Of a DNA stretch of 64,000 bases, positions 10,123 to 20,248 are shown one piece after another; position 1 is the stretch's first letter; every line of letters begins with the position of its first letter. The translations under genes were made by a program, and so were the position numbers. A model generated the notes under the pieces. It ran no database searches, had not been told where the DNA came from, and saw only the letters and a list, made by a program, of their open reading frames with translations. The stretch comes from Methanobacteriota archaeon (GTDB taxonomy: Archaea > Thermoplasmatota > Thermoplasmata > SG8-5 > JAGLSY01): contig JAEHCO010000001.1 of assembly GCA_020697715.1 (NCBI GenBank), positions 352,001 to 416,000 on the forward strand, given 5' to 3'.

Positions 10123-11481
10123 TCAAGCTAAATCTTGAATTATCTTTTTCAGCAAAACTTTGAATTCATCCAATTTATCTTGTGCCATCTGTGGGTTCGC
10201 AGCCTCCGCGGTGACTCTGAAAATAGGCTCGGTACCTGATGGTCTAAGTAAAACCCACCAGTCATCCCCTTCTATTTTGACACCGTCAATGTCTATGACC
10301 TCGAAGTCCGTCATGGCCTTTTTGACATTATCCAGCACCTGATGTTTCAGCTTCTCATTACATTTGAATTTTGATCGTATTATAGTATAATCTGGAAGGT
10401 CACTCACCATTTCAGAAAGCTTGCGATCGCCAGTGGCCAGTATCTCCACCATCTTGGCCGCCGTCATGATGCCATCTCTGCAAAGCATGTTCTCAGGGAA
10501 TATCACTCCACCATTCCCTTCTCCTCCGACCCTGGCTCCAATTCCCTTCATTCTACGGGCGATGATAGGAGATCCTATTGGGGTGAGCTCTACTTCTCCT
10601 CCATTATCAATGATCGAATCCGTGACCTTTCTGGAGGTGTTGACAGGCACGACGACCTTTCCTTTTTCCGCATCCAGGCTGTCAATGGCGAACAAGGCCA
10701 AGCTCTCATCTCCATTTATGTAATTACCTTTCTCATCCACGAAAGTTGCTCGATCCGCATCTCCATCATGAGCAATACCAAGATCAGCTCCCAAGTTCGC
10801 AACCGTATCCATCAGACCACTCAGATTCTTCTCCAATGGTTCTGGTAATCTTCCTGGGAACATTCCATCTGGCTGTGCATTTATCGTGTGAACCTCACAC
10901 CCCATATCTCGGAGTATGTTGGGCGTGAACTTGCCTGCTGGCCCATTAGAGCAATCGATAACCACTTTCAATTTCTTCCACCCAGAGTTTGGAACGATGA
11001 GTGATGAGATACGATCCATATGGGCGAAACTGACCTCGTCATTGACCTTGAATTTGCCAACTTCATCCCATCCCGCATATTGAAAATTCTTGGAGAAATA
11101 AACATCCTCTATCTTTTCTTCATTATCTCTGGCCATCTCCGTGCCATCATTGTCAATACATTTGAGTCCATTGAATTCCGGTGGATTGTGGGAGGCTGTG
11201 ATCATCACACCCCCTGCGACATCAAGCATCTTGACCCCGAATTGAACTGTAGGTGTGGGAACCACTCCGATATCGATGATGTCACAACCTGCTGACATTA
11301 TTCCTGAAGCCACAGCGGCTGATATGACTGGCCCGGTTATTCGAGTATCCCGACCCATGCACACGGTATTACCTTTTCCAAAATAAGTGCCAATAGCTAA
11401 CCCAAGTTCCACTGAGAAGTTGTGATCTTGCTTTTTATCAGGACGCCACCTGATCCCATTTGTTCCAAATAAACGAGTCAT
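10123..11481 (-). CDS. glmM: Phosphoglucosamine mutase / phosphohexomutase
   Basis: LFGTNGIR, ITASHNPPEFNG, HDGDADR, LRPSGTEP. Confidence 0.9.
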   Translation of the reverse strand: MTRLFGTNGIRWRPDKKQDHNFSVELGLAIGTYFGKGNTVCMGRDTRITGPVISAAVASGIMSAGCDIIDIGVVPTPTVQFGVKMLDVAGGVMITASHNPPEFNGLKCIDNDGTEMARDNEEKIEDVYFSKNFQYAGWDEVGKFKVNDEVSFAHMDRISSLIVPNSGWKKLKVVIDCSNGPAGKFTPNILRDMGCEVHTINAQPDGMFPGRLPEPLEKNLSGLMDTVANLGADLGIAHDGDADRATFVDEKGNYINGDESLALFAIDSLDAEKGKVVVPVNTSRKVTDSIIDNGGEVELTPIGSPIIARRMKGIGARVGGEGNGGVIFPENMLCRDGIMTAAKMVEILATGDRKLSEMVSDLPDYTIIRSKFKCNEKLKHQVLDNVKKAMTDFEVIDIDGVKIEGDDWWVLLRPSGTEPIFRVTAEAANPQMAQDKLDEFKVLLKKIIQDLA

Positions 11482-11513
11482 CGCTCACCAGCTAACTCAA
11501 ACGCTGGTTATTA

Positions 11514-11735
11514 TTATTTTGGTGAAATCGAGACTATGTTATTGCCCCTGAGGATGACCATGCCAATTCTTTTTAAATTGTCATTATGGGTCTCTTCTGT
11601 ATCCTCTAGGACCATGTTCATATATTCATCATAGCCTGTCAGCTTTCCTTCGAGCATTCTGCCGTCCTTTAGTAAAAGGGTTACTTTTCTCATTACGGAT
11701 TTTTCAAGTACATGCAATGGCATAGCCAATGGCAT
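11514..11735 (-). CDS. Sm-like archaeal protein (Lsm/snRNP)
   Basis: LKDGRMLEGKLTGYDEYMNMVLED..ILRGNNIVSISP Sm1/Sm2 motifs. Confidence 0.95.
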   Translation of the reverse strand: MPLAMPLHVLEKSVMRKVTLLLKDGRMLEGKLTGYDEYMNMVLEDTEETHNDNLKRIGMVILRGNNIVSISPK

Positions 11736-11819
11736 TCCTCCCCAGATCTATATTTTTATAATACCTAATCGCCCTCAATGGATTTAAAGCTTTTGTAAAT
11801 GGTCTGGCCCGACAGTTAC

Positions 11820-12185
11820 TTAGCTCATCAATTTAATGATGGCCTCAGCCGGCTCTCCATCACATTCTACCAGTGCTTCCTTCGCTTTCTCATATGAGAC
11901 ATTGGCCTGCATCGCGACCAGTTCAATGTCCTCTTCAGGGATGACCAGACCAACCGGCTCACTGGAAACCTCTCCATGGACTATCTCCGGGTCGCCAACT
12001 ATCTGAAAGGTCTTCTGCCCCTGAACTTCCATCATGGTCACCTCTGGTTTGGTGATGACGTAGCTCTTGTCCTGGGTCTTGATAATGACCTCTTCGACAT
12101 CTCTCATCTCCTCGGATTTGATCCCGAGTCTTTTCATCGCTTGCTGCATCTGGCGCGGGTTCATCCCTTTCATTCCAGGCATCAT
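11820..12185 (-). CDS. nac: Nascent polypeptide-associated complex protein
   Basis: MNPRQMQQAMKRLGI..VEEVII..FQIVG; UBA-like EEDIELVAMQANVS..AEAII. Confidence 0.95.
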   Translation of the reverse strand: MMPGMKGMNPRQMQQAMKRLGIKSEEMRDVEEVIIKTQDKSYVITKPEVTMMEVQGQKTFQIVGDPEIVHGEVSSEPVGLVIPEEDIELVAMQANVSYEKAKEALVECDGEPAEAIIKLMS

Positions 12186-12396
12186 CTAATCTCTCCATTG
12201 ACATTACGAGCTTTTGAAAGCAATCGCTCTGCTCTCGCTTTCAATATCACATCCCATAATAGTGGATTTTGATATTAATAGTTAATGAGAACATTTTCTC
12301 AAAGATATCATCATATCTCCATCAATTACCCTACATCTACGTTACATGCACATATGCTCCTTTATATCTCGAAGAAAAAATCAGGAGGCCGATAAT

Positions 12397-12900
12397 ATGT
12401 CAAACGAACTCATACACGGAATGGCGGCCAGTGCGGCCCAATGCGCCCTGAACATCACATTAGGAGAAACAATGCTGGATGCAAATGTCTTCCTGGCAGC
12501 TGTAATAGCCATGCTGATAAACCTGGACAGGTTCGGCAGTATGTCCATATCCTGGAACAATAGCGGCAGTAATGCGGAAAAGCGAAGCCCCATCGGACAT
12601 TCAATAGGTCTTGCGATCATCTGGATATATGTCGGATACGTGATCCTCAGATCCCTGGATGCATACCTGGGTATAGCTTATGATCCTGCCACCTTCGCCG
12701 CCATCATACTGGCCTACACGACCCATCTGGCTCTCGATCACATGGATGGAGGTATATACCATCTGCCAAGGTCGATGGATATTCCAAGCTGGCTCAGGCC
12801 GATAATACCAGGCAGGGATAGATACTGGCCTGCCTGGAATGATCGATCCTCCAAACATAGAAACCTATATACCACCAAGCCTCAATCATCTAGCCAATGA
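12397..12900 (+). CDS. Membrane protein, probable YdjM-like metal-dependent hydrolase
   Basis: IHG..NLD..GHSI..THLALD motif pattern; GGAGG SD before ATG 12397. Confidence 0.55.
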   Translation: MSNELIHGMAASAAQCALNITLGETMLDANVFLAAVIAMLINLDRFGSMSISWNNSGSNAEKRSPIGHSIGLAIIWIYVGYVILRSLDAYLGIAYDPATFAAIILAYTTHLALDHMDGGIYHLPRSMDIPSWLRPIIPGRDRYWPAWNDRSSKHRNLYTTKPQSSSQ

Positions 12901-14537
12901 GTGGCAAAGAACACACACCGTCCAAATACCGGGCGATCATCCAGGAATCCAAATCGGGCAGGGGTAAGCCAATTGAGAAGCTCGTGGAGGATGCGAGATC
13001 CATCCCCGATCCATATTATCAAGCTCTGGCTCTTTTCGGCCTATCTGCTGACAGAAGGACATCGGAAGCCCTGGCCAAGACCCTGATAAAGGACAGCATC
13101 CAACTCTCGGACAAAGAGGCAAGGGCATGGAGGAAGGCGGAACTTCTTACCACGATGTGCAAGAAAGCCAAAAATAATCCAGCCAGTATGCATGATCTAA
13201 TCCGCAATGAGGTCATGGAAAAGATCTGGAATTTCCCCAAGGGCAAAGGCCAGTCCGACGCAGTCATAGGATGCGCCGGTTTCCTCGGCTGCCCATACAT
13301 GCACGGTCTTCTGAAGTTGGCTGCCAAGAATTCGGGATTCGAGATGGAAACATGCAAGCCACTTCTCCGTCAATGGGCAAAGGACTGCCCATCTTTCCCA
13401 AATACTTCTCTGGAAGACATGGTGAAGATTCTGGCAAGCATGCCAGCCAGTCTTATGAAAGTGAAGCTTCACGGTTACCTGCACGTCCAGATCACGAGAT
13501 CCGGTAATGATGATCTGGTAGTTCTGGAAAACGCCCTATCCCATGCCATGAAATTATCCGATGATGAGAGGATCCAGTCTATCAAATATCTGGCTGACCA
13601 GTCATCCAAACTGGAGGAATTGGAACTTATAGCCACGGCGATCACCGAACTCGGAGAGCCTGTGAACGAGGCCAGCCTCTTCAGCACACTGGCCGCGAAT
13701 GCTGATAAATCCGGGCACAAGGATCTCGCTCTGGACTGGTTCACCACCGGCCTCGATATCTTGGAGGAAGTGGATGATAAAGAAAAGCGCGCACTGGCCA
13801 GGATCAAACTGGCCACCGGCCTCAGGCGACTCGGCAACCAGGAATTGGCAGACAAGACCCTGGAGAAAGCACTGGAGGATGCAGAGGGCGATGAGAAGAT
13901 AACTGCCAAGGTGCGGAAGGCCATTGGCACACCTTCAAAAGATCAAGATCCTGTCCATCAGGAAACTCACATATCCGAAAATACCAGCCAGGATGTCAAG
14001 CGACACACCCTGGGTTTATACGACACCTACGAGGGTGGCCTGAAACCCGTGCACATCCGAATGGTCGCGCGTGCCGCTCCTCTCTGCGTCGCTTACGATC
14101 TCGATCTCGCACTTTTCGGCTTCCCGGAAAAAGACCTGCCCAGGCTGATAAAAAAAGTTCTCAATGACACGAATATCGGCAAGGGGGGGAAGTATCTCAA
14201 AGACCTCCAGAAACAAGGCCGTATATCTCTGATAAAATGTTCACAACAGGTACCACCCAGTGAGGATGATTGGAAGGATATCGGCCTTCCAATTGCCACC
14301 ACTTCCAGACCCGCGAACAATAAGGACACTTGCCTTGAAACCGCCCTGGAGAAAGCGATAGCCAGCCATCCGAAAAAGCACCTGTGCATGATAATGGGGC
14401 TTGGCAAAAAAGGCCTGCCACAGTCGCTTTTGAACAGCGTGGACCATCATATGGAATTGACAGGCCACAACATCGCGTTGGAGACAGCGACCGCGATGGG
14501 GATCATTGCCCAGATGTTGGGTAGTCTGGGTGTTTGA
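12897..14537 (+). CDS. DUF531 (SPOUT-fold) protein with long N-terminal helical repeat region
   Basis: C-terminal TLGLYDTY..ARAAPLCVAYDLDLALFGFP..ATTSRP..GLGKKGLP..LETATAMGII. Confidence 0.75.
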   Translation: MSGKEHTPSKYRAIIQESKSGRGKPIEKLVEDARSIPDPYYQALALFGLSADRRTSEALAKTLIKDSIQLSDKEARAWRKAELLTTMCKKAKNNPASMHDLIRNEVMEKIWNFPKGKGQSDAVIGCAGFLGCPYMHGLLKLAAKNSGFEMETCKPLLRQWAKDCPSFPNTSLEDMVKILASMPASLMKVKLHGYLHVQITRSGNDDLVVLENALSHAMKLSDDERIQSIKYLADQSSKLEELELIATAITELGEPVNEASLFSTLAANADKSGHKDLALDWFTTGLDILEEVDDKEKRALARIKLATGLRRLGNQELADKTLEKALEDAEGDEKITAKVRKAIGTPSKDQDPVHQETHISENTSQDVKRHTLGLYDTYEGGLKPVHIRMVARAAPLCVAYDLDLALFGFPEKDLPRLIKKVLNDTNIGKGGKYLKDLQKQGRISLIKCSQQVPPSEDDWKDIGLPIATTSRPANNKDTCLETALEKAIASHPKKHLCMIMGLGKKGLPQSLLNSVDHHMELTGHNIALETATAMGIIAQMLGSLGV

Positions 14538-14605
14538 GAAAAGAATGGATATGATAGCATAATATTTTTCCACCTAACTCCACCCCCAACATGAATTTTT
14601 ATTGA

Positions 14606-16417
14606 ATGCCTCCACCCAAGTTTTCCCTACAAAAGATTTTTCTAACCTCGCCACATACACTCGAGCATATGAGCAAGATACTTGGTTTTTCAGATATCAA
14701 AGCCACCCGGGAATCCGTGACCGGATGCAGTGGTGCGATGATATCCTCCTTCGCAAGGGAGGATTTTCGAATAGCCAGGGGTTTCATCATACCCCGGGAT
14801 TCAATTAGCGACATGCTCTTGTCCGAGGATGCTCGAAATGCCGTGGACCAGTATGTTCGATCCTGCTCGAACACTCAACAGAATGATGCAGGAGCGAAGG
14901 AGTATCTTTCCAATATCGTCTTAAAGTCCAGGCTGGATTGGTCGGTGGAGATGGACGCCATCACTCGCTTCCGGGATCTGGACGGCCTGGTGAGTGTCAA
15001 GATTTCCACACCCTCTGGAAGGCGCATGGCTCCTGTTTTTGCATATTCCGAATCCAGTTTTATCAGCGGGATCGCCAGGTCGATCGAGGAATGGCTGATG
15101 TCCTGCCCGCCCCATGATATTGAGAAAGAGGTACCTGCTCTTATTATTCAGGAAGTGGTCGATGCCGAGACGAGCATCGAGATAAAGAGGAAAAAGGACG
15201 GCTTCATGATAAGAGGGGTCTTCGGTCTGCCAGAAGGTCTTTTCGACCCTGCTATTTCGAGCGATCATCATCATTTCGATAATAATTTAGAGCTGGTAAG
15301 GTCTGAGGAAAAGAAACAAAGATTCCAGCATATTTCCGGTATCGATGGCATCCAGCGCGTGGATGTCCAGGAAGATTTTAGAGCAGAACCCAAGGTGTCC
15401 AAAGAGCAGCTGGACGGCCTCATTGGCATAATGAGCTACATGCTGGAAAAACCCTCTGTTGGCGAGGTGATCCTTGCCACTATCGATGATACTCCGATAA
15501 TCATAGACATCAGGTGGGAAAGGGATGGTCCTCGACCGCCTCTTTCCCAGCCCAGGGACAAGAGCCACATCATCATTCCAGATAATATTCCCAATGGTAT
15601 CACGCCGGGAGATGTGTCTTCCGGCAATATCCAGATACCGGAAGAAGTGGATCCCTTGCAGTTGCAACAGGCCATTGACAAGGTGGGCGCCAATAAACCC
15701 CGACCAAGAAGGCCAAGAACGAGACTTTTTGTAAAAGCACATGGCCTGGATGAGATCGAATCTCTGGATACCACCAATGTCGAAGGCATCCTCTTGCTCG
15801 GCAATTGGCCTGGACCAGAAGGTATCGAACACACAATTGATGAATTGGTTCGCCAATATCCTTCGACAGAGATAGTTCTCCAGCTGCTGGATGACAATAT
15901 ATGGATAAAAGAGTGCATGAAGGCGTTGATCAAACGCGGATCTGGAGGATCCCGATTCAGTATCATGCTCCCATCCACCAGGACATTGAAGGACCATGCG
16001 AGGCTCATCAGCTTCCTGGAGGACATCATGCCAGCATCATCCTTCCGACCCCCGATATGGGCCAGTTTGGTCTATCCAAGTAATTTATTCTTCGTAAAGG
16101 AAATGACAAGGGATGTGGATGTCATATCCGCGGATCTGGAATCATTGGCCATGCATTTGACCGGCAGGGGCACGGGCCTCGGGCAGAGATATGACGATCA
16201 TGCCATGAAGGAAGCGATGTCCCATTTCATCGATCATGTCAGGTCCAGCAATAAGAAATTGGCCATCCACACTCCAGGCTTTGCCGGAAATCCCGCACTT
16301 CTGGAATCCCTCATCAGACAGGAAATTGACATCATGTGCATCTCCCGAAAGGAATTGGAGCTGGTGAACCAGATCGCGCGATCATTGGAGGAAAAAGTGA
16401 TCGCGGAGAAAGGATGA
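14606..16417 (+). CDS. Degenerate PEP synthase/pyruvate-water dikinase-like protein
   Basis: Decayed ATP-grasp motifs (GFII, LIIQEVVDAETS, GVFGLPEGL) and C-terminal PEP-utiliser barrel remnant; no phospho-His swivel motif seen. Confidence 0.6.
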   Translation: MPPPKFSLQKIFLTSPHTLEHMSKILGFSDIKATRESVTGCSGAMISSFAREDFRIARGFIIPRDSISDMLLSEDARNAVDQYVRSCSNTQQNDAGAKEYLSNIVLKSRLDWSVEMDAITRFRDLDGLVSVKISTPSGRRMAPVFAYSESSFISGIARSIEEWLMSCPPHDIEKEVPALIIQEVVDAETSIEIKRKKDGFMIRGVFGLPEGLFDPAISSDHHHFDNNLELVRSEEKKQRFQHISGIDGIQRVDVQEDFRAEPKVSKEQLDGLIGIMSYMLEKPSVGEVILATIDDTPIIIDIRWERDGPRPPLSQPRDKSHIIIPDNIPNGITPGDVSSGNIQIPEEVDPLQLQQAIDKVGANKPRPRRPRTRLFVKAHGLDEIESLDTTNVEGILLLGNWPGPEGIEHTIDELVRQYPSTEIVLQLLDDNIWIKECMKALIKRGSGGSRFSIMLPSTRTLKDHARLISFLEDIMPASSFRPPIWASLVYPSNLFFVKEMTRDVDVISADLESLAMHLTGRGTGLGQRYDDHAMKEAMSHFIDHVRSSNKKLAIHTPGFAGNPALLESLIRQEIDIMCISRKELELVNQIARSLEEKVIAEKG

Positions 16418-17577
16418 TACAGGATAGGTGTAGGTGTTTGTGGGAAACTGGATCGTCTGAGGAAGTGGTGATGGCCGAATTGGATAAGGCCAGATCAAAG
16501 GATATGCATTTTTCCGATGGCCGGGTGATCAATTCCATGTGCACCGCCCCCCCACCTTTATCACTGAAAGCCCACATGGATTTTATTGAAAGTAATCTTG
16601 GAAATTCCGGTCTGTATCCGGGAACGAGCCAACTGGAGACCCAGGTCATCGACCAGCTAGGCCAGCTAATGAATGGTCATAACATATCCGGCCACATCGT
16701 GAATGGAGGCACGGAATCCAATATCATGGCCCTCTGGATCGCGCGGAATACCACTGGGAAGAAAGAAGTGGTCTTCCCCAAGAGCGCGCATTTTTCCTTT
16801 GCCAAGGCCTGTGATCTGCTTGGCATGAAGCCCATCAGCGTCCCACTTAGCGACGATCTCACCATCGACATTGCCAAGGCCAGGCAGGCGATAAACAATA
16901 AAACGGCCATCGTTATCGGGATGGCCGGGACCACGGAACTCGGACTCATAGACCCGCTCAGGGAACTAGGAGAGATGATCCCTGAAGGAACCTTCTTCCA
17001 TGTGGACGCGGCCTTCGGAGGTTTCGTCATACCTTTTTTGAAGGATCTGGGTCATGAAATGCCAGACTTTGATTTTAAGATACCAGAAGTAACGTCGATC
17101 ACCATCGATCCGCACAAGATGGGGATGTCCACCATGCCTTCCGGGGCTTTCCTGACAAGACAGATTGAGAATTCAGATAATATCGCGACCAGGGCTCCAT
17201 ATCTCACCTTGCTGAAGCAAACGACCCTTTCTGGAACCAGATGTAGTGCGGCAGTGGCATCCACCTACGCGGCCATGCGAAATCTTGGCCGAGCCGGATA
17301 CCGCCAGATAGTCAAGGAATGCATGGATACCACCTACCACGCGGCCGCCTGTACCCGCAATTTGGGTCTTGAACTGGTCAAGGAGCCAGTTATGAATGTT
17401 CTTGGTATCCGTCTACCAGATGGCAAGGAACCGGAGCATGTCCAGGCACTATTGAAGAAAAGAGGCTGGATGGTGTCCAGGGCTGAAGCCCCCAAATGCC
17501 TCAGACTGGTCCTGATGCCACATGTCGAAAAACGACATGTGGATCAACTATTCAAGGAGCTGGAGGCCGTGATCTGA
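16414..17577 (+). CDS. mfnA: PLP-dependent L-tyrosine/L-aspartate decarboxylase
   Basis: SMCT, NLGNSGLYPGT, GGTESN, HVDAAFGG, IDPHKMG, SGTR. Confidence 0.9.
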   Translation: MIQDRCRCLWETGSSEEVVMAELDKARSKDMHFSDGRVINSMCTAPPPLSLKAHMDFIESNLGNSGLYPGTSQLETQVIDQLGQLMNGHNISGHIVNGGTESNIMALWIARNTTGKKEVVFPKSAHFSFAKACDLLGMKPISVPLSDDLTIDIAKARQAINNKTAIVIGMAGTTELGLIDPLRELGEMIPEGTFFHVDAAFGGFVIPFLKDLGHEMPDFDFKIPEVTSITIDPHKMGMSTMPSGAFLTRQIENSDNIATRAPYLTLLKQTTLSGTRCSAAVASTYAAMRNLGRAGYRQIVKECMDTTYHAAACTRNLGLELVKEPVMNVLGIRLPDGKEPEHVQALLKKRGWMVSRAEAPKCLRLVLMPHVEKRHVDQLFKELEAVI

Positions 17578-18569
17578 CATCCGATACAGCACCATTTGAT
17601 TTCGAGATATCTCGCATAGTGGCCACCGTGAAAAAAGCTGGCCACACCTCCATAATCCTGCAATTCCCGGAGGGTTTGAAAAGAAATGCCATCGATGTTG
17701 CAGGTGACATCGATGCACAACTGAAAGACGTGCACGTCCAGATATCTGGAGAACCATGCTTCGGCGCTTGCGATCTTCCATCCAATCCAGACGGCCTGAT
17801 CGTCAATTTCGGTCATTATCCCATTCCCAACCTGGCACATGATGGTGAAGTTCTATTCATCCCGGCCAGGTCCAATAAAGACCCTATCCCGATCGTCAGG
17901 AAAGTCCTTCCTGAATTGAAAGGAAGGGTCGGAGTGGTGTCCACCCCCCAGTACATTCATCGTGTACCGGATATCGTGGATCTTCTATCCGATAATGACA
18001 TCACACCCTTTGTCAGCAAGGGGGATGATCGCATTTTCAAGGAGGGCCAGGTACTTGGCTGCAATACCTCGGCCGCGAGAGCGATAGCCAAAGATATTGA
18101 CATCATCCTCTTCATAGGAGCGGGTGATTTCCACCCACTGGCACTCGCCCTGGGAACCAACAAGGATATTGTCATCGCGGATCCAGATATGGACGAGATA
18201 CGCGGAATACGCGATCTAAAAGACCGCGTACTCCGACAAAGACACGCGGTCATATCACAGGCAAAGGATGCGGAGGTGTTTGGCGTGATACTTTCGACCA
18301 AGCCAGGTCAGCGACGTGAAGACCTTGCCAGGGATATTGTCAAAGATCTGAGAAAGGCAGGGAAAAAGGCCTATATTGTGGAGATGGAGAATACCTCTCC
18401 ACAAATATTGGACTCATTCAGCGCGACAGCCTGGGTGTCCACCGCTTGCCCCAGATTGGCGATCGACGATCATCTCGCATATAATAAGCCGATAATAACC
18501 CCGCCAGAGCTGGATATCATCCTGGGAAAGCGCGAGTGGGAAGATTATATTTTTGATGAAATTGTTTGA
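17574..18569 (+). CDS. dph2: Diphthamide biosynthesis enzyme Dph2 (probable CTG start)
   Basis: LQFPEGLK, PCFGACD, GQVLGCN, TKPGQ, TACPRLAIDD. Confidence 0.93.
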   Translation: MTSDTAPFDFEISRIVATVKKAGHTSIILQFPEGLKRNAIDVAGDIDAQLKDVHVQISGEPCFGACDLPSNPDGLIVNFGHYPIPNLAHDGEVLFIPARSNKDPIPIVRKVLPELKGRVGVVSTPQYIHRVPDIVDLLSDNDITPFVSKGDDRIFKEGQVLGCNTSAARAIAKDIDIILFIGAGDFHPLALALGTNKDIVIADPDMDEIRGIRDLKDRVLRQRHAVISQAKDAEVFGVILSTKPGQRREDLARDIVKDLRKAGKKAYIVEMENTSPQILDSFSATAWVSTACPRLAIDDHLAYNKPIITPPELDIILGKREWEDYIFDEIV

Positions 18570-18692
18570 TATTCAGGTTCAAATAGATCCTTAGCAATTC
18601 ATCCCTCTGTTCTTTATTATAATAATAAGCAAATATTATATACGCGTATTTCCATTACTGGTTGAATTCAATTTCATAGGGATGGGAATAAA

Positions 18693-19787
18693 ATGAAGTC
18701 GATAATAGATGAAGCATTAGCCAGGCATGAGACAGATCAGGGTAAACCAGGTATAGAGGGCTCTCCGGATGACGCCGAGCTCCGCGCACTCGTTGAGACG
18801 CTTAAAATAAGTGTCAAGATCGTGGGCTGTGGCGGCGGCGGAAGCAATACCGTCAACCGTCTAACGGACACAGGTGTCACAGGAGCCGAAATGGCCGCCA
18901 TAAACACCGATGCCACACACCTTCTACATATGCATGTTCCAAAGAAGATACTTATTGGAAGAAGAGCCACCAAAGGTCTTGGAGCTGGCGCATTGCCAGA
19001 GGTCGGAGAGACCGCGGCACGTGAGAATGAAGAAGATATCAAAGGATTCCTGGACGATGCCCATGTGGTATTCGTCACAGCGGGAATGGGTGGCGGAACT
19101 GGAACTGGCTCCGCACCAGTCGTAGCTCAAATGGCCAAGGAGCAGAGCAATGCGATGGTCATGGGTATAGTCACCATGCCTTTCAAGGCAGAGGGACACA
19201 TGAGATATGACAATGCTCTCAAAGGCTTGAACAAGCTGAGACAGCACTGTGATACCACCATCGTTATCCAGAACAATAAGCTTCTGGAATTGGTGCCAAG
19301 ATTACCACTGGATGCAGCTTTCAAAGTAGCTGATGAAATATTGATGAACTCCATTAAAGGGATAACCGAGACCGTGACCAAACCAGGTCTCGTTAACTTG
19401 GACTTCAGTGACCTTATGACCGTTATGACAAATGGCGGTGTCGCGATGATAGGAATTGGATCATCTGATGATGACCGCGAGCGCGTGGACATGGCTGTGA
19501 ACGAAGCACTGACATCACCACTTCTCGGTGATGTAGATCTCTCCAATGCCAAGGGTGCGCTGGTCAGGGTCGTCGGTGGTCATGATATGACACTGGCCGA
19601 GGCCGAGCGCGCGGTTGAACTGGTTGGAGAAAAGATCAGTCCAAATGCCAGGATCATCTGGGGTTGCTCCGTGGACCCGACTATCAGTAAGGAAGTTCAG
19701 ATCTTGCTGGTAATAACCGGTGTTTCCGCACCTTCTCTGGTCGAAGGAACAAGTCGCCCGGATTCCACAATGGATATGGTTCAGTAA
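18693..19787 (+). CDS. ftsZ: Cell division protein FtsZ (paralog A)
   Basis: [26 protein letters not shown]. Confidence 0.97.
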   Translation: MKSIIDEALARHETDQGKPGIEGSPDDAELRALVETLKISVKIVGCGGGGSNTVNRLTDTGVTGAEMAAINTDATHLLHMHVPKKILIGRRATKGLGAGALPEVGETAARENEEDIKGFLDDAHVVFVTAGMGGGTGTGSAPVVAQMAKEQSNAMVMGIVTMPFKAEGHMRYDNALKGLNKLRQHCDTTIVIQNNKLLELVPRLPLDAAFKVADEILMNSIKGITETVTKPGLVNLDFSDLMTVMTNGGVAMIGIGSSDDDRERVDMAVNEALTSPLLGDVDLSNAKGALVRVVGGHDMTLAEAERAVELVGEKISPNARIIWGCSVDPTISKEVQILLVITGVSAPSLVEGTSRPDSTMDMVQ

Positions 19788-19808
19788 GCCGTTGATGGTG
19801 GAACCAAT

Positions 19809-20135
19809 ATGCCTATCAGGGAATTCAGAAAAAGATATGTCGCATTCAGAATAATTGCACCCAGGAATATCCAGAGATGGGAATTGATCGGGGCTTTACA
19901 GAACAGAGCGGAACAGATGGGCATGGCCGGAGAAGGCCTTGCCCGCCCCTGGTTGACCACTTATAAGGAAAATCGAGGTGTCCTGAGATGCGCGCACACT
20001 AACAAGGATAATGCGATAGAACTTCTGACATCCATCACCGAGGTTGGTGATGACAACCTGCAGGTGACGATCGAGACCGTTGTGACATCTGGCACGATAA
20101 AACAGGCCAAGGCAAAAGGCTCTGTTGAAGATTGA
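19809..20135 (+). CDS. rnp2: RNase P protein component 2 (Rpp14/Pop5)
   Basis: RKRYVAF..GVLRCAH..VTSGTIKQAK. Confidence 0.88.
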   Translation: MPIREFRKRYVAFRIIAPRNIQRWELIGALQNRAEQMGMAGEGLARPWLTTYKENRGVLRCAHTNKDNAIELLTSITEVGDDNLQVTIETVVTSGTIKQAKAKGSVED

Positions 20136-20165
20136 TCATACGATCAGCTGAACAATGACTTTAAT

Positions 20166-20187
20166 GGGGATCTGGCAACAGATCCCC
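20166..20187 (+). terminator. Hairpin after rnp2
   Basis: GGGGATCTG-GCAA-CAGATCCCC perfect 9-bp stem. Confidence 0.45.
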
Positions 20188-20248
20188 CAATTTCCATTCA
20201 TATATTTTATCAATAACATATTACATATCTTCTTGAGGGAGAATCAAC

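Noticed and set aside
16414-17577. Evidence for methanogenesis from mfnA
   Set aside because: MfnA also supplies beta-alanine for CoA in non-methanogens; no methanogenesis genes in the window.
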